Assembly: GCA_964276515.1 (NCBI GenBank)
Contig: OZ193909.1
Coordinates: 16,864,001-16,928,000 of the forward strand
DNA: 64,000 nt
From: Gordius albopunctatus
Taxonomy: Eukaryota
Direction of reading: 5' to 3'
Shown: positions 60,501 through 64,000 of the stretch, piece by piece
Position numbering within the stretch: position 1 is the stretch's first letter
Layout of the letters: each line of letters begins with the position of its first letter
Notes under the pieces: model-generated
What the model saw: only the letters and a program-made list of their open reading frames with translations
Told to the model about the DNA's origin: nothing
Database searches by the model: none
Program-made: the position numbers and the translations under genes

Positions 60501-62834
60501 GTGATAACTTAAAACTTACAAGATTTAAGCCTAGGAAAAATTTTGCATCTTACGAAATTGTTGTTATGTTACGCGTTTGATATGTAAATCTGCTGTGGAT
60601 TCGAAGTTAAGAGACGGCTATGTTAAAACACGTATGACGATTTTTGCTGCGCGTCAAAATCCGATATTAAGACAAGCCCTTAGAGGTTTTTAAAAAACCT
60701 AACCTATGCTATTAGGTTAGGCTACCAATACCTAGGTTTTTCCCATCACTGCATTATACAAAAAATATCAACGAGCCCGAATCTTGTTATAATGCCCGCT
60801 CAAAAACGCATCTGGTCTTTGACTCAGCACAAACTAACCGTTTTTTGGCATCCTGGTTAGGGGGACCCGCACCCGGAATACCCTTTGTGGCGTCATCGGG
60901 CCCAGCACTCTTCTGCTCGGAACCACTCCTTCCGATGGAACCGGAACCACTCCGGCTTCTAGAGTATTTGCTAGAGCCTGTGAAGGAGCCGGAGCGAGAA
61001 CTGCTCCTACTACTGCCTCTGCCCGTAGCGGCTCCCTCTTCGGGCGGACCACCTTCCCTGTTGCGGATTTCGCCCTCTTCACTACCTTCCTCATCGTAGG
61101 AATGGCTGCGTCCACGCACGTTGCCATTTTCATGCCGTCCTGATGCTGATCTACTGTTATACATTAAAAAATAATATTATAATCAATTTATTTGAGAAAG
61201 CTGATTTGGTATGAGCAAAAGTATTAATAATAATGGGCGTATCTAGCATTGGGGTAAACATACTTTGGGGAGGGGCAAAATGAATATTTTTATAAATTTT
61301 AGCCATAATTTTAATAAATTTTTTAAAAGTATTGGATTTAGAGGGGGCAGGCACCCCTTCATACCCCCCCTGGCTATGAATGCAAATTTATTAGCTAGGG
61401 TAACATATATTTTTACCACAGTACATAAATCTGATTCACATATATAATATAGGGCATTAATTCAAATAATCGTTATATATGCTTAGGTTAATAAAATAAG
61501 CTTTGTGCAATAGATTTTTGTGAAGTTAATTTTGTACTAAAGAGAAAGTTTGTTAAATTAAATAATAAATGAATAATATTGTGACGTTTCACTATTATTA
61601 AGACTAAATTTCCTAGATTGTCACTAGAGAAATTGATGAAATTAGGAAAAGTTCCAATAAGAAAATTTAAAGAGGTGAATAAGATATTGCAGCAAGTAAA
61701 AATGTGTGAAGGGGTCAAATGGGAGACAGATAAAAATTACTACTAAGTACCTTTTCTATTCTTCATAACAAATATAATTAGCTGCAAAGAATGGCAAATA
61801 GCAAAAAAATGCACTTAAAATATACAATCAAAACAAATTATAAAATAAAAAACATATTAAAAACATTGAGACTTGTTTTGGTAACTTCTAGGGGGAGGTC
61901 TTCTGCCATTTTGATAGCTATCATTTTTAAAATACTCTTGATATCTGTCCCTCCTATCTCTCATTGCATCCATTGCTTGAAGATACATAAAAAGACAAAA
62001 TTACTTGTCGTATATGTGCTGTACATATAGGTAAGATGAATATAATACAATGAAGGTTATAAGCTTATACATTTAACTTATATTATTTTATATTGTAAAC
62101 ATAGGTCAAGTCAATCTTTAATATGTTTGGATACATATTTTTCTTTTATTCTACTTTAGAGCACACACAAATAATTTAAGTATTTTATCAAAATCTTTGG
62201 CCAACAATATTTGAATAAAATTTAATTTATTCATTTACCCTTTTGTCTAGCTCTACGAAGGTCTTTATACCAAGATATTGTAATCTTTGATCCCAATACT
62301 TCTTTATCATGAAATCTATGCAATAAATTAGCATCCACTTATAACGACTGTGTTTAATTCAGAACATTAAGTCATTCAATATACATCTAAAATGTATATA
62401 CATGTATAAGAGTTGCCCAATGCAATGTGTAGATAAACTATTAATTAAAGCAATTCATAAGATGATAATACAGATGGAACAAAATAATCTTCATAAAATC
62501 CATTGTTGCTATATATATTTATAATTGATTTTATTATATTAGAAAATTTATGAGGACATCAAGATTATACCTAGCCATAACATCTTTTGCGACATCCTTG
62601 CTTTCAAATCGAAGTGCTACATATAAAAATCTTCTATCTTCTGACAACTTGTAAAAATCAAATGAGCATTCTCCCCCCTCTTTGTTGAAAAACTCTCTAA
62701 TTTAAAATTTATGATAGCATTATAAGGTTCATATACTTTATGTCCTCTTTGTCCATATCACCATTAAAACCTCTCATAAAAAGAGTATGTTGACTTGCTG
62801 GCACAATCATGGAGTTTAAGGGTAAGCGAGCCAT
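51516..62834 (-). CDS. RRM + low-complexity + Periphilin-like C-terminal protein, 14 coding exons, ~1140 aa
   Basis: Exons (-): 62834-62737, 62696-62571, 62315-62239, 61975-61873, 61153-60839, 59042-58709, 58012-57770, 57107-56624, 56424-56098, 54793-54302, 53762-53400, 52849-52590, 51792-51740, 51663-51516; all GT-AG, in phase, 3423 nt with no internal stop seen. RRM: TLFMRGF...LYVALRFESKDVAKDVMARFHDKEVLGSKITISW. C-terminus: KKQIETAYKQDCVILAGVAKILL...LEQRCIRELSQIF. Confidence 0.85.
55010..55864. mobile_element. Non-autonomous hAT-like element in an intron, with a nested CATGGG MITE
   Basis: TIR TAGAGAACTGC / GCAGTTCTCTA; GGGTCGGG subterminal repeats; inverted homology to ~33075-34453. Confidence 0.75.
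59510..60750. mobile_element. hAT-type non-autonomous element in an intron
   Basis: TIR AGTGATGGGGAAAACCTAGG / CCTAGGTTTTTCCCATCACT; TSD GCATTATA; same family as 539-710. Confidence 0.85.
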
Positions 62835-63269
62835 TTTGATTTCAAATATTTAGTCCACTGGGAAGTCATTCTCAGCCATACGGCATATTTGCAGGAATAA
62901 AATATGTACTACGCCAATTTTATATGATTATTGCAAATATGATGTATAGCGAAATAGGATAAGATATTAATAGTTATTAGTAATAGAGATGTAAAGGGGT
63001 GATGAGTAAGGGCGGTAAGCTTTACTTACAATTGGCAACGATAACAAATGATTGATTTATATACTTTATTAATATTCAGTAATGAAATACTAATTTATTG
63101 GCCGTCATGGCTACAATACTTGACGTCGTCAATTGTTACACTACAAATATTGAGATAAATACTAACAAGTTAGCATAGATATGACAAAACATATATTTTA
63201 TATTGCTATTGCTACAAATTTAAGAGCGTTAGAAATATGGACCTTAATTTTTGGTATGGTGCAAGTTTG

Positions 63270-64000
63270 GATCTAAACCATATTCTTCTTACAACTTTAT
63301 ATAACAATCCATAAATCCCTTAATATCTATCCAATGATTCCAAATTAAGACATACTACATTTGTCTCATAAAGATTTACACTTCAAATCACTAAACCAAT
63401 CTATTCAATTCAATATAACCAATATAAAAAAAATTGCCATCAATCCACTTTATCCACTATGGAATCTATTACTATTCACATTGCATCCAACACATGCAAG
63501 TGTCTATCCCCCAAAGTTTCAGCTCGACAACATTAAGAAGTCCAAACATTCAAACAACAATCAAACAAATTACTGAGAAAGACTCACAACCACACCCATT
63601 ATTTTCAACTTGATCCCTACTATTCAAAGCAAACATTAATTTACTCAGAAACTCTTTACAAAAAAACAAACAATTACCTCACCCAATCTTTCTCTCTAAC
63701 ATCATCACTACTATTCAAAGCAAACTGAACCCTCTACTTAATAACCTAGAAACCACTTACAGTATTTCAATCATTTATACATTTCTTATCACTATTTTAT
63801 TAACATCCATAGTTTATTTTTTTTGAACATATTTAGACCTAAAATTATATACCCAAAAATTAAAAATTATATACAATATCTTATCAGGCAACTTTTTAAC
63901 AATTACAACCAACATTTACAATATGCAATATAGTATCTTTTACAAAACAACTTATCTAACCAAGGTAACAAATTTTTTTTTTAAAAAACAACTGCAATGC
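63270..64000 (+). mobile_element. Possible decayed retroelement ORF (Penelope-like N-terminus?)
   Basis: Abrupt A/C-rich, G-poor strand skew; fragmentary peptide YYYSHCIQH..VYPPKFQL; runs off the window end. Confidence 0.25.

Overview
AT-rich, intron-containing invertebrate (metazoan) genomic DNA, not prokaryotic; the species cannot be named from the sequence. Two spliced genes were reconstructed by hand with GT-AG introns and consistent phases. The first is a 7-exon SAP30BP/HCNGP orthologue (+, 14349-22180, ~664 aa). The second is a 14-exon gene (-, 62834-51516, ~1140 aa) with an N-terminal RRM, a long Arg/Gly/Tyr/Ser-rich low-complexity region and a C-terminus resembling Periphilin (PPHLN1, a HUSH silencing-complex subunit). 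The window also holds a decayed trypsin-family gene, an intronless orphan single-TM ORF and an intact RTE-clade LINE with a twister-ribozyme-like 5' end. Other mobile DNA includes a truncated copy of that LINE, two defective Gypsy LTR elements inserted in a piggyBac remnant, a solo LTR, nested hAT derivatives and many MITEs with 8-bp TSDs. A 200-N gap is flanked by an artefactual 880-bp duplication. The most interesting signals are the RRM-Periphilin architecture, the twister-like LINE leader, and a sharp CpG-poor to CpG-rich switch about 1-1.7 kb into both genes. All homology calls come from motif recall, not database searches.
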